A DNA stretch of 64,000 nt, from IMG/VR virus record IMGVR_UViG_3300014565_000223; one strand, written 5' to 3'. How positions within the stretch are numbered: position 1 is the stretch's first letter; each line of letters begins with the position of its first letter. Under the pieces are notes generated by a model that saw only the letters and a list, made by a program, of their open reading frames with translations, was not told the origin of the DNA and ran no database searches. The translations under genes and the position numbers were made by a program. This document shows, one piece after another, positions 9,813-19,557 of this stretch. This DNA comes from a virus.

Positions 9813-11813
9813 ATGAACAAGATTGAAGAAATGAAAGCATTGGTTGAAAAACTTAATCAGTACCGAGATGCTTATTATAATAATGCAGAAAGTATTGTTA
9901 CGGATCATCAGTATGATGATCTGTGTGATCAGTTGGAAAAAATGGAAAAAGAAACAGGAGTTATTTTAAGTAATTCTCCAGTCCATAGTGTTGGATATGA
10001 AGTAAAAAGTAAATTAGAGAAAATTGAGCATTCACATTTAATGATGTCTCTTGATAAAACTAAAGATGTGAATATACTTCGAAAATTTATTGGTGATAAA
10101 GATTCTTTGCTAATGTGTAAGATGGATGGATTGACAATTCTTTTGACGTATGAAGATGGAGAGCTGATCCAGGCTGAAACTCGCGGAAACGGCGTCACAG
10201 GAGAAATTATTACTCACAATGCAAAGGCGTTCGAAAATATTCCTATGCATATTAATCAGAAAGGCCACGTTGAAATTGAAGGAGAAGCTATTATTACATA
10301 TACAGATTTTGAGAAAATTAATAATTTAATTAAACACGAAGAAGATAGATATAAGAACCCGCGAAATCTTGCTTCAGGATCAGTCAGACAGCTAGATAGT
10401 AAGATAGCAGCCAAACGTCATGTTCGTTTTATAGTATGGAAGGTACCTGCCGGTATGGATGAACTACCTTTAATGTCAGCAAGATTTGAAAAAGCAAGAG
10501 AACTTGGATTTGATATTGTACCCTATATTCGTGTATATAAAGAAAATCAGAATCTTGAAGAGCTTATTAATCTGTTAAAGGAAAAGGCAGCATACTTATC
10601 TTATCCAATTGATGGGCTTGTTGCTGCATATAATGATATCGCTTATGGATTATCACTTGGAGTCACAGATAAGTATCCACGTCATTCTCTGGCATACAAG
10701 TTCTATGATGATGAATTTGAGACAGTTTTGACTGATATTGAATGGACTATGGGTAAATCTGGACAATTAACGCCTACAGCAGTTTTTGAACCGGTCGATA
10801 TTGATGGAACATCTGTAAGCAGAGCGAGTCTACACAATGTGAGTATATTCAAAGGATTTTATCTCCATAAATATGATACCGTATCTGTGTATAAGGCAAA
10901 CCAGATAATTCCGCAGATTTCTCAAAACATAACAAGAGGTTATAATACCGGTGAAAAGTTTATAATTCCTAAAATATGTCCAATCTGTGGAGAACCAGTG
11001 TCTGTCGTAAAAGAGAACGATTCTGAAGTATTGATGTGCATGAATGCTGGATGCAAAGGCAAACTTTTGGGTGAGATGAATGCTTTTGTAGGGAAAAAGG
11101 CCCATGATATTAATGGATTATCTGAGGCCACATTGCAGCTATTGATTGATACTGGGCTTGTGACATCACCAATTGATCTGTATTATTTGAAGGATCATTC
11201 TACAGAATTGTCCAGATTACCTAGAATGGGAGCAAAGAAAATTGCGAATATTTTAGATTCTATTGAGTCTAGCAGGAATACTACCATAGAAAAATTTATT
11301 GTAGGATTAAATATTCCGTTAATTGGTGGTAGAGCTGCAAAGGATATTGCTAGATATGAAGAAATAAGAACCAGGGAATTAGGAATGCTATATCCATTTG
11401 AAACTTTTATTAAAGATGCTGCTTCTGATTTTAATTTTACCTGTATTGAAGGATTAGGGACGGAGCGAAATATTTCTATCCATAGATATTTTAAGGAAAA
11501 TTATGATTACGTTGTTGCTTTGGCAGAACAGTTCATATTTTCGAAACTTAATAATGATAAAATATCTTCTGAAAGCGATTCATTGTCCGGAAAGAAATTC
11601 TGTATCACTGGGAAGTTACATATTTTTGCTAACCGGGATGAACTTGTGGCGGATATAGAATCAAAAGGAGGGAAAGTTGTGTCCGGAGTTACAAAGGCAA
11701 CTGATTATCTAATTACCAATGATAAAAACAGTGGATCTAGTAAAAATAAGAAAGCTTCTGAGTTGAATATTCCTATTATCAGTGAAGAAGAATACAAAAA
11801 CAAATTAAATTAA
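9813..11813 (+). CDS. ligA: NAD+-dependent DNA ligase
   Basis: KMDGL adenylation motif, CPICGEP...C..C zinc finger, HhH region and C-terminal BRCT (GKKFCITGKL). N-terminus typical of LigA. Confidence 0.9.
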   Translation: MNKIEEMKALVEKLNQYRDAYYNNAESIVTDHQYDDLCDQLEKMEKETGVILSNSPVHSVGYEVKSKLEKIEHSHLMMSLDKTKDVNILRKFIGDKDSLLMCKMDGLTILLTYEDGELIQAETRGNGVTGEIITHNAKAFENIPMHINQKGHVEIEGEAIITYTDFEKINNLIKHEEDRYKNPRNLASGSVRQLDSKIAAKRHVRFIVWKVPAGMDELPLMSARFEKARELGFDIVPYIRVYKENQNLEELINLLKEKAAYLSYPIDGLVAAYNDIAYGLSLGVTDKYPRHSLAYKFYDDEFETVLTDIEWTMGKSGQLTPTAVFEPVDIDGTSVSRASLHNVSIFKGFYLHKYDTVSVYKANQIIPQISQNITRGYNTGEKFIIPKICPICGEPVSVVKENDSEVLMCMNAGCKGKLLGEMNAFVGKKAHDINGLSEATLQLLIDTGLVTSPIDLYYLKDHSTELSRLPRMGAKKIANILDSIESSRNTTIEKFIVGLNIPLIGGRAAKDIARYEEIRTRELGMLYPFETFIKDAASDFNFTCIEGLGTERNISIHRYFKENYDYVVALAEQFIFSKLNNDKISSESDSLSGKKFCITGKLHIFANRDELVADIESKGGKVVSGVTKATDYLITNDKNSGSSKNKKASELNIPIISEEEYKNKLN

Positions 11814-11822
11814 CTTTTACTA

Positions 11823-11851
11823 TTGACAAATGCAAATAATGGTGATATAGT
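11823..11851 (+). promoter_or_regulatory. sigma70-like promoter TTGACA-17-TATAGT
   Basis: Consensus -35, 17-nt spacer. Embedded in the repeat AAATTAAATTAACTTTTACTATTGACA. Confidence 0.6.
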
Positions 11852-11899
11852 TGACCTATCAAAACGAATTAGATTAACTCAATCAGAAAGGCATGAACA

Positions 11900-12532
11900 A
11901 TGATATGTTACTATTTAAAAGGAAAAAATGGAGAGTACATCGCAAGAGATCCAACAGGAAGAATCAAATTAGTATCTGATCTTGGTGATGCACTCTTGGT
12001 TCCTGAAATTGAAAAGAAAAAGATTAAGGCAATTCAAGCAAATAATATTCCAGACGTATTAAAAAAATTTGGACCATATGAAATTTGTGAAACCGATTAT
12101 AATGGAGTTGAAGCAATTACGACAGATGATATAGTTGGTGAAATTATCGGTAGTATAAATGAATTTTCAAGTAAGATGAATGAAATTACTGATTATTCAA
12201 AAGAACTTAATTCTATTATTTCATATACTGATTTACAAATTTCAGACATTTTGCATTATATTGAATTTCATAAGTTTTCTGCGGCAGAAGGATATAAATT
12301 ATGCAAAAAGTTGCAAGAGATTTGTGATAGACGAAGAGAAGCCAAAAATAAAATACAAATTATAAACACGATAAAACATCAATCGTGTGCAAGTGTTTTA
12401 TCTGGAAATGCTACTAAAATAATAGAAAAAATTGTACCAGATAAAAAATATACTCCAAGAGTATTTGATGAATTGTTCAAAAAGAATCAGTCACGAATAA
12501 GAAAAGAAAAATCAGTGAAAATAAAAATTTAA
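11900..12532 (+). CDS. hypothetical protein (210 aa)
   Basis: ORF. Confidence 0.45.
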   Translation: MICYYLKGKNGEYIARDPTGRIKLVSDLGDALLVPEIEKKKIKAIQANNIPDVLKKFGPYEICETDYNGVEAITTDDIVGEIIGSINEFSSKMNEITDYSKELNSIISYTDLQISDILHYIEFHKFSAAEGYKLCKKLQEICDRRREAKNKIQIINTIKHQSCASVLSGNATKIIEKIVPDKKYTPRVFDELFKKNQSRIRKEKSVKIKI

Positions 12533-12555
12533 TTAAACAATAAGGAGATAAAAAT

Positions 12556-14622
12556 ATGTTTAAAGATTTTGTAAAGGCAATCCAGAAAAATTTACAGCAG
12601 ATGTCTAAAGATTCTTCAAGATTATTCACAGTAAATGTGGATACCGAGGAGCTTTATAATTTATATCTGGATTCGTTTCCGGCAGGTACAAATGAAATTT
12701 ACAGAGAAAGAAGAGAATATGACTGTAGTTGCTGTAGACATTTTATCAGAGACGTTGGTAACGTTGTATCTATTAAAAATGGTGAGTTACATACCATTTG
12801 GGGAATTAATCCAGTATCAGATGATAAATATAATGTAGTCGCAGCTGCGCTTGATGCCTATGTAAAACAGAAAGCGGTATTAGGGGTATTCCTCAAAAAA
12901 GAGAAACGAATTGGTACTCCTGAAAATAGAGAAATGCTCCCGACAGGAAAAATTAATAAATACGAGCATTTCTTCGTAGATCTGCCAGAAATTTGTATCT
13001 TTAAGGAATGTTATGGACATACACTTGAAGGTGATTTAAGTCAATTCAGAGATGTCCGTAATGTATTTAAACGTTCTCTTGATGAAATTAGTAAAGAAGC
13101 TGTAGATACTGTACTTGAACTGATTGCTCAAAATTCTTTATATAAAGGTGCCGAATGGAAAAAGCAACTTACTGAATTTAAGAATTATCAGAAAGAATAT
13201 GGAAAGCTTACGGATGAACAGAAAGAACTTTGGATCTGGGAAAAGTCAATTGCTGCAGGTGCCGTTATCGGTAAGATTCGTAACCATAGTATTGGAACAT
13301 TGCTGGTAAATATTTCCGAAGGAATGGATCTTGACCTTGCCGTTAGAAAATATGAGCAGATTGTAGCCCCTGTAAATTATAAACGTCCAAAGGCAATTTT
13401 TACAAAGAAGATGCTTGAAGATGCAAAGAAGACTATTACAGAACTTGGTTATATGGATTCATTACAGAGAAGATTTGCTACCTTGGATGATATCACAGTG
13501 AACAATATACTTTTCTCTAATAAAGACGCAGCAAAGAGAATTACCGGCGCTATGGATTTGTTTGATGAAATGGAACAGGATGTTGCAATTGATCCAAAAC
13601 GATTCTCTAAGGTAGAGGAAATAAGTGCAGAAGATTTCATTAAGAATGTTCTGCCTGTAGCGAAAGAATTGGAAGTATATTTGGAGAATAAACATATTCA
13701 GAATATGGTATCTTTGATTGCTCCAGAAGTTGCTGATGCGAAAACAATGTTCAAATGGAACAATGGAATGTCTTGGGCGTATACCGGTAATATTACAGAT
13801 TCAGATATCAAAGAAAATGTAAAAGCTGCTGGTGGTTCAGTCACAGGCATTGTAAGATTTTCTATTCAATGGAATGATAAAGATGGAAAGGATAATTCTG
13901 ACCTTGATGCACATTGTATTGAACCAAAAGGTGGAGAGCATATTTATTTTGGTCACAAAAAAGCACGATCCGGTGGAGAATTGGATATTGATATTACTCA
14001 GCCAGTTGATCAGTGCTGGAATAGTAATGGAGTTGCCGTTGAAAATATTACATTTCCATCTAAAGAACGCATGATTCCTGGTACATATAAGTTTTTTGTA
14101 AATCAGTTCGCATACAGAGGATCTCAGGGATTTAAAGCCGAAATCGAAGTAAATGGAGAAATTCATTCTTATGAATATAATACTCCAGTACGTGGCGATG
14201 TAGATGTTGCAGAAGTAATTCTTGATCAGGCAGGTAATTTTAAAATTGTGGACAAACTTCCAGGAAATTGTTCTATGATCAGTAAAGATGTATGGGGAAT
14301 TAAAACTCTGCAGTTTACACCGGTATCTGTTGTATGCTACTCACCAAATTACTGGGATGAACAGAAGGGAATTGGTCATCAGCACTTATTCTTTATGCTG
14401 AAGGACTGCATCAATCCAGAAGAGCCGAATGGATATTATAATGAATTCTTGAAACCGGAACTTGAGCAGCACCGAAGAGTATTTGAAGCGCTTGGAGCAA
14501 AAGCACATGTAAAAGATGTTGATGATCAGCTTTCAGGAGTAGGATTTTCACTTACAAAGAGAAATGATCTAATTATTAAAGTAAAAGGCGCTACAGAGCG
14601 AGTATTAAAAATCAAATTCTAA
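12556..14622 (+). CDS. large hypothetical protein (688 aa) with N-terminal CSCCRHF motif
   Basis: AAGGAGATAAAAATATG RBS. Confidence 0.55.
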   Translation: MFKDFVKAIQKNLQQMSKDSSRLFTVNVDTEELYNLYLDSFPAGTNEIYRERREYDCSCCRHFIRDVGNVVSIKNGELHTIWGINPVSDDKYNVVAAALDAYVKQKAVLGVFLKKEKRIGTPENREMLPTGKINKYEHFFVDLPEICIFKECYGHTLEGDLSQFRDVRNVFKRSLDEISKEAVDTVLELIAQNSLYKGAEWKKQLTEFKNYQKEYGKLTDEQKELWIWEKSIAAGAVIGKIRNHSIGTLLVNISEGMDLDLAVRKYEQIVAPVNYKRPKAIFTKKMLEDAKKTITELGYMDSLQRRFATLDDITVNNILFSNKDAAKRITGAMDLFDEMEQDVAIDPKRFSKVEEISAEDFIKNVLPVAKELEVYLENKHIQNMVSLIAPEVADAKTMFKWNNGMSWAYTGNITDSDIKENVKAAGGSVTGIVRFSIQWNDKDGKDNSDLDAHCIEPKGGEHIYFGHKKARSGGELDIDITQPVDQCWNSNGVAVENITFPSKERMIPGTYKFFVNQFAYRGSQGFKAEIEVNGEIHSYEYNTPVRGDVDVAEVILDQAGNFKIVDKLPGNCSMISKDVWGIKTLQFTPVSVVCYSPNYWDEQKGIGHQHLFFMLKDCINPEEPNGYYNEFLKPELEQHRRVFEALGAKAHVKDVDDQLSGVGFSLTKRNDLIIKVKGATERVLKIKF

Positions 14623-14655
14623 TACAATTTAATTAAACAAAGAAGGGAGAAAGTT

Positions 14656-15150
14656 ATGAAATTTAAAGAAGCATTTGAAGAAATGAAATCTGGAATTCCA
14701 GTAAAACTTCCGTCATGGGCGGGTTATTGGTGGTGGGATGAAGAATCCCAGACAATCCTTATGTACACAAAAGATGGCGGCTGTCTGGATATAAGAGAAA
14801 CACAGAATGTGGAGTATACGCTTCAGAATATTCTTTCCGATGAGTGGGTTTATGCGGATAGTCGGAACTGTCCAATACTTGGTGGAGAAGCAACATTCTC
14901 ATTCGGAGAAGCGATTAAGTACCTGAAAAGAGGTATGAAAGTAGCGAGAAAAGGATGGAATGGAAAGAAACAGTACATTCAGCTTGCTACTGGGATTTCA
15001 TATAAGACTACTGACGACGAGATTGTAAATTGTGAGCATGATGCAATCGGAAATAAAGCCATCGCTTTTGTTGGAACATCTGGCGTACAGATGGGATGGC
15101 TTGCTACCCAGTCTGATATGCTCGCAGAAGACTGGATGTTTGTTAAATAA
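14656..15150 (+). CDS. DUF2829-like protein, tandem duplicated module
   Basis: MKFKEAFEEMKSG...WAGYWW and FGEAIKYLKRGMKVARKGWNGK both match the DUF2829 (Gp49-like) signature. Confidence 0.5.
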   Translation: MKFKEAFEEMKSGIPVKLPSWAGYWWWDEESQTILMYTKDGGCLDIRETQNVEYTLQNILSDEWVYADSRNCPILGGEATFSFGEAIKYLKRGMKVARKGWNGKKQYIQLATGISYKTTDDEIVNCEHDAIGNKAIAFVGTSGVQMGWLATQSDMLAEDWMFVK

Positions 15151-15177
15151 AATTATATGTATTGGAGGAATAAAAAC

Positions 15178-15558
15178 ATGGAACTTACAAAAATTTTTGA
15201 GGCGGCAACAAGATATAAATACAGATTCCCGTTCAAAGGAATGATTTCAGTAGAGGATTTATGGGATCTGAAATTGCAGGATTTGGATTCAGTATTTAAA
15301 CTGCTGAATAAAGAGAAAAAACAGAGTGATGAAGAAAGTCTGTTACAGGTTAAATCTGAAGCAGACCAGGCGCTGGAAAATAAAATTCAGATTGTAAAAT
15401 TCATCGTACAGGTAAAACAGGCAGAAACTGCAGAGAGATTAGCTGCAAAAGATAAGAAAGAGCGCAATCAGAAGATTATGAGAATCATTGAGAGAAAGCA
15501 GAACGAAGCTCTGGAAGGCAAGAGTCTTGAAGAACTGACAGCTATGTTAGAGGAGTAA
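15178..15558 (+). CDS. coiled-coil protein
   Basis: ATG 15178 with GGAGG RBS; charged heptad-like sequence. Confidence 0.5.
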   Translation: MELTKIFEAATRYKYRFPFKGMISVEDLWDLKLQDLDSVFKLLNKEKKQSDEESLLQVKSEADQALENKIQIVKFIVQVKQAETAERLAAKDKKERNQKIMRIIERKQNEALEGKSLEELTAMLEE

Positions 15559-15561
15559 TAT

Positions 15562-15735
15562 ATGGGAATACTCGGAGATATTGCGGCATTTCTGTTTATG
15601 GTGATTGTGATATTGATTTTACTACTAATTTTGTGTTTTATATGTGCTGCGGTATTAGCTGTAATTGTAGAAGCTATATACGAGGAAACCGGAAAATTAG
15701 AAGCTTTGTATAATATTTTACGTCATCTTCTTTAA
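15562..15735 (+). CDS. small single-pass membrane peptide (57 aa), C-terminal TGKLEALYNIL
   Basis: ATG 15562 directly after the upstream stop; hydrophobic core. Paralog of 15916..16107. Confidence 0.4.
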   Translation: MGILGDIAAFLFMVIVILILLLILCFICAAVLAVIVEAIYEETGKLEALYNILRHLL

Positions 15736-15739
15736 GGGA

Positions 15740-15919
15740 AATAAAATTCAGATTGTAAAATATATTGTTAAGTTTAAGCAGGAAGAGATTGAAGAGCGTC
15801 TTCAGGCAAAAGACAAAAAAGAATACAATCAGAAGCTGCTTGAACTGATCGAACGCAAACAGAATGAGGAGCTTGCCGGAAAGTCTATTGAGGAACTGCA
15901 GGCAATGCTTAAGGCATGA
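15740..15919 (+). pseudogene. start-less duplicated copy of the C-terminal ~60 aa of the 15178..15558 gene
   Basis: Reads NKIQIVKYIVKFKQEEIEERLQAKDKKEYNQKLLELIERKQNEELAGKSIEELQAMLKA, against ...NKIQIVKFIVQVKQAETAERLAAKDKKERNQKIMRIIERKQNEALEGKSLEELTAMLEE upstream. 23-nt identical core at 15378-15400 and 15739-15761. No in-frame ATG. Confidence 0.4.
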
Positions 15920-16107
15920 TGTTGATTACAGAATTGTTAAATATTACATTACTTACTGTGTACTTTGTATTGGTATCAATGGGAATATTAGTCTTTATAG
16001 TGTTTCTTACAACCTTTATGTACGCAGTAGTAATGATAATATATAGATTCACTGGAAAGCTGGGAAAGCTTTACAGAATACTAGAAGAAATAGAAAGGAA
16101 ATTTTAA
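15916..16107 (+). CDS. small membrane peptide (63 aa), C-terminal TGKLGKLYRIL
   Basis: ATGA overlap with the preceding frame; stop abuts the ATPase ATG. Paralog of 15562..15735. Confidence 0.45.
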   Translation: MMLITELLNITLLTVYFVLVSMGILVFIVFLTTFMYAVVMIIYRFTGKLGKLYRILEEIERKF

Positions 16108-18729
16108 ATGAAGAACGGCTTATCAAATGAACAGGTCGAAGAGAGTCGAAGATTACATGGAAGTAACAAGCTTCCTGAACCTGAATTGAAAAAATGGTAT
16201 CATTTTGCTAAGGAAGCATTAACTGAACCAATTACTATGATTCTAATAATAATTGCTTTATTCCAGTTAGTTTTAGGAGCTATGGGAGTAATGTCTCTTT
16301 CTGAACCTGTAATGATTATAGTAGTTTTAGCTATTGTTACTGAAATTGCTGTTAAGACAGGTCTAGGCATACAGAAATCTGCAGCAGAGTTAAGAGCAAA
16401 AACGGCAGTTAGATATTGTGATGTTGTCCGAGATGGAAGCGTACAGACAATTAATAAAGATGATCTGGTAGTAGGTGATTTAGTTCTATTGAGAACTGGA
16501 CAAGAGATTTTCGCAGATGGTTTTATTGTTGAAGGAGAAATTTCTGTTAATAATGCCGCTATCAATGGAGAGACAAAAGAATGTAGAAAAATTCCTAGTG
16601 CTAATTATAAACATGTTAAAACAACATCTACTGCTGCATATACGGATCAGTGTTCTCTCTTTGCAGGAACAGTTATTATGTCTGGTGAAGGAAAAATGAT
16701 TGTTACAGATGTTGGTGTTAATACAGTTAACGGTGATACTCTTGTCAAAATGCAGACTTTAGAGCCTCCTAAGACAGCTCTTGATATTGCTCTGGATCAT
16801 TTGTGTGATTTTATTTCAAAATGGGGAACAATTGCGGCAGCATTAGCATTTGTAATTATGACAATTGCAGGTATCTTAAATGCTGGAAGTTTAAGTCAGT
16901 ATTTCTCAGGAAACATTCTTGAAAATATTCAGAAAGTAGCACAGAATACCTCAAATGCATTAACAATTATTGTTGCGGCTGTACCGGAAGGTCTGCCACT
17001 CATTGTAAAACTTGTAACTAAACAGAATGTATCGACAATGGAAAAATTTAATATTCTTGCGAAGAATACTGGTAAAATTCCTGAATTGGCGTATGTTAAT
17101 TTAATTTGTACGGATAAGACAGGAACTCTCACAACAGGTGAAATGACTCCGGTAGCTATGATCAGTGGAGATTGTCATGATATTCTTAACGAGAAAAATG
17201 CGCTCAGACAAATGATTGATGTAAATATCTGTATGAATAATAGTGCAGTATTTGATTCCAATGGAAATATTACTGGTGGAAACTCTATTGACAGAGCAGT
17301 TCTTGGTATGATTACTCCAGAAGAAGTAAATGATATCAGCAATAGATTTAATATTAAAGAAAAACTTCCATTTAGCAGTAAAAATAAATATTCTTCTATT
17401 ACGTTAAACGATGAAGAAAATAATATTCTGAAATTTTATAAAGGTGCTCCAGAGAAAATCATTGCTAAATGTACACACATTGTTGATGCAGACGCACATT
17501 TAAGGGAATTTAAAGAAGAAGATAAAAATGAACTAAAATCATATATAAAAGGTATGACAGAAAAAGCAATGAGGTGTATTGCTTTAGCGGTATCAAATGA
17601 ATCAAATGATAGTGAATTGCCAGATATGGGATTGCTTGGTGTGATTGGTGTTGTGGATCCGGTTAGAAATGAGGTGCCAGAAGCTGTGAGTATAGCACAT
17701 AAAGCCGGTATACAAGTAATTGAAATCACCGGAGACTGCATGGAAACAGCAAAAGCAGTTGCAGCAGAAGCAGGTATTTATAAACCTGGAGATCTTGCAA
17801 TTACAAATGATGAATTTGAAGCAATAACAGATGAAAAAGCGAAAGAAATTATTCCGGATTTAAGAGTAATCTCCAGATGTTCACCAAATACAAAGCTTCG
17901 TCTTGTAACATTAGCACAAGAAATTGGAATGTCTGTTGCTATGACCGGTGACGGTGTAAATGATGCGCCTGCACTAAAGAAAGCAGATGTAGGCTTTGGA
18001 ATGCAGGATGGGTCTGATGTGGCAAAAGAAGCAGCAGATATTGTTTTGACAGACAATAATTTTGCAAGTGTGGTAAAGGCAGTCGAACTTGGTAGAACAT
18101 TTATGCATAACATTATGATGTTCCTTGAATTCCAGCTGCCTATCAATATTTCGTTGTTGATCTTAAGTATGGTATTTCCAATTATTTCTGGTGGCTCTGC
18201 TCTATTAGCAGCAGTTCAGATCCTTATTGTAAATATCATCATGGATTCACTTAACTCATTAAGCTTTGGTGGAGAACCGCCAAAAGAGGAATATATGAAT
18301 GAAGAACCTATCATGAAAGGATCCGGATTATTTATCCGTGGAGCGAAAGGGAGAATTGCATTAAGTTCAATTGTATTTATTGCTTTATTTGGTGTAATTA
18401 CATTTGGTCCAGTTGGAAATATGTTTGCAACAAAACTTTCGGCTATGACAGCGAGATTCGCTTTATTGTGTTTAATGGCAGTATTTAATGGATTCACTAT
18501 TAGAACAGATAGTATGAATCTTTTCAAAGGAATTAAAAATAACAAATTATTTGTGTATATCGCATTGGGTATTTTTGCAATGACTGTAGTTTTGTGTAAC
18601 TTTGTAGGAAATCTAGTACAGACAACTCCAATGGATGTTAAACAGTGGATTATAGTCTTAGTGACAGCATTTATGGTTGTGCCTGTAGATTGGATTAGAA
18701 AAGCAATTTGTAAGAAAGGAAGTAACTAA
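16108..18729 (+). CDS. P-type cation-transporting ATPase (type II, Ca2+-ATPase-like)
   Basis: DKTGTLT phosphorylation site, PEGLP in M4, TGDxxxTA, GDGVNDAPALKKADVG hinge. ~10 TM segments; 873 aa. Confidence 0.9.
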   Translation: MKNGLSNEQVEESRRLHGSNKLPEPELKKWYHFAKEALTEPITMILIIIALFQLVLGAMGVMSLSEPVMIIVVLAIVTEIAVKTGLGIQKSAAELRAKTAVRYCDVVRDGSVQTINKDDLVVGDLVLLRTGQEIFADGFIVEGEISVNNAAINGETKECRKIPSANYKHVKTTSTAAYTDQCSLFAGTVIMSGEGKMIVTDVGVNTVNGDTLVKMQTLEPPKTALDIALDHLCDFISKWGTIAAALAFVIMTIAGILNAGSLSQYFSGNILENIQKVAQNTSNALTIIVAAVPEGLPLIVKLVTKQNVSTMEKFNILAKNTGKIPELAYVNLICTDKTGTLTTGEMTPVAMISGDCHDILNEKNALRQMIDVNICMNNSAVFDSNGNITGGNSIDRAVLGMITPEEVNDISNRFNIKEKLPFSSKNKYSSITLNDEENNILKFYKGAPEKIIAKCTHIVDADAHLREFKEEDKNELKSYIKGMTEKAMRCIALAVSNESNDSELPDMGLLGVIGVVDPVRNEVPEAVSIAHKAGIQVIEITGDCMETAKAVAAEAGIYKPGDLAITNDEFEAITDEKAKEIIPDLRVISRCSPNTKLRLVTLAQEIGMSVAMTGDGVNDAPALKKADVGFGMQDGSDVAKEAADIVLTDNNFASVVKAVELGRTFMHNIMMFLEFQLPINISLLILSMVFPIISGGSALLAAVQILIVNIIMDSLNSLSFGGEPPKEEYMNEEPIMKGSGLFIRGAKGRIALSSIVFIALFGVITFGPVGNMFATKLSAMTARFALLCLMAVFNGFTIRTDSMNLFKGIKNNKLFVYIALGIFAMTVVLCNFVGNLVQTTPMDVKQWIIVLVTAFMVVPVDWIRKAICKKGSN

Positions 18730-18730
18730 A

Positions 18731-19498
18731 ATGGGATTTTTGGGAAAATTATTCGGAAAAAAAGATGAGGAAACAGCAGTAGAGTTATCTTCTGCTGTAA
18801 CTCAGCAACCTGTATATGAAGAAAAATTACAGACAATTGATATGTCTAAGCACAATGAAAATCTTGGCAAAGTACTTATTGATATGTCTAAGGGAAGCAA
18901 GATTGATATGACAAAACATACGGCTAGAGTAGCTCTTGCAATGGATTATTCAGGAAGTATGGATTGGCTGTATGATAATGGATCTGTACAGGAAACCATT
19001 TCTCGTTTGTTGCCTATTGCTCTAAGATTTGACGATAATGGAGAACTTGAGAGTTGGCTGTTCTCAAATGGAGCAGAGCGCTTAAAAGCTGCTAACGCTG
19101 ATAATTATAGTAGTTATGTTAAAAATGTTATGAAAAAAGCTCATATGTATATGGGTGGTACTAATTATGCTCCTGTATTGAAAGAAATGGTTACATATTA
19201 TAAAGATATCGAGCCAAGTGAGATTCCAGCATTTATCATCTTTATTACAGATGGTGAGAACAGTGATACTTTTGCCACCAATGCAGTTATTAAAGAGCTT
19301 TCAGAGTACAACATCTTCGTGCAGTTCATAGGAATTGGAGATGAAGATTTTGACTATTTAAAATCTCTTGATGGTATGAAAGGTAGAAAACATGACAACA
19401 CCGGTTTTACAGCAGTAAAAGACATGAATAAAATGTCTGATGAGCAGCTGTATACAGAGATTCTTCGTCAGTATAAAGATTGGCTCAATAAAAAATAA
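18731..19498 (+). CDS. von Willebrand factor A domain protein (TerY-like)
   Basis: MIDAS-like DYSGSM; sits beside a TerD-domain gene. Confidence 0.6.
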   Translation: MGFLGKLFGKKDEETAVELSSAVTQQPVYEEKLQTIDMSKHNENLGKVLIDMSKGSKIDMTKHTARVALAMDYSGSMDWLYDNGSVQETISRLLPIALRFDDNGELESWLFSNGAERLKAANADNYSSYVKNVMKKAHMYMGGTNYAPVLKEMVTYYKDIEPSEIPAFIIFITDGENSDTFATNAVIKELSEYNIFVQFIGIGDEDFDYLKSLDGMKGRKHDNTGFTAVKDMNKMSDEQLYTEILRQYKDWLNKK

Positions 19499-19557
19499 TT
19501 CTATACTGTAAATAATAAATTATATATAAATAACGTAAATTAAAGGAGATTAAGATT

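Noticed and set aside
12635-12838. Small internal ORFs inside the 12556..14622 gene (also 13124..13309, 13874..14074)
   Set aside because: They are nested in a long continuous ORF with a strong RBS and are out of frame
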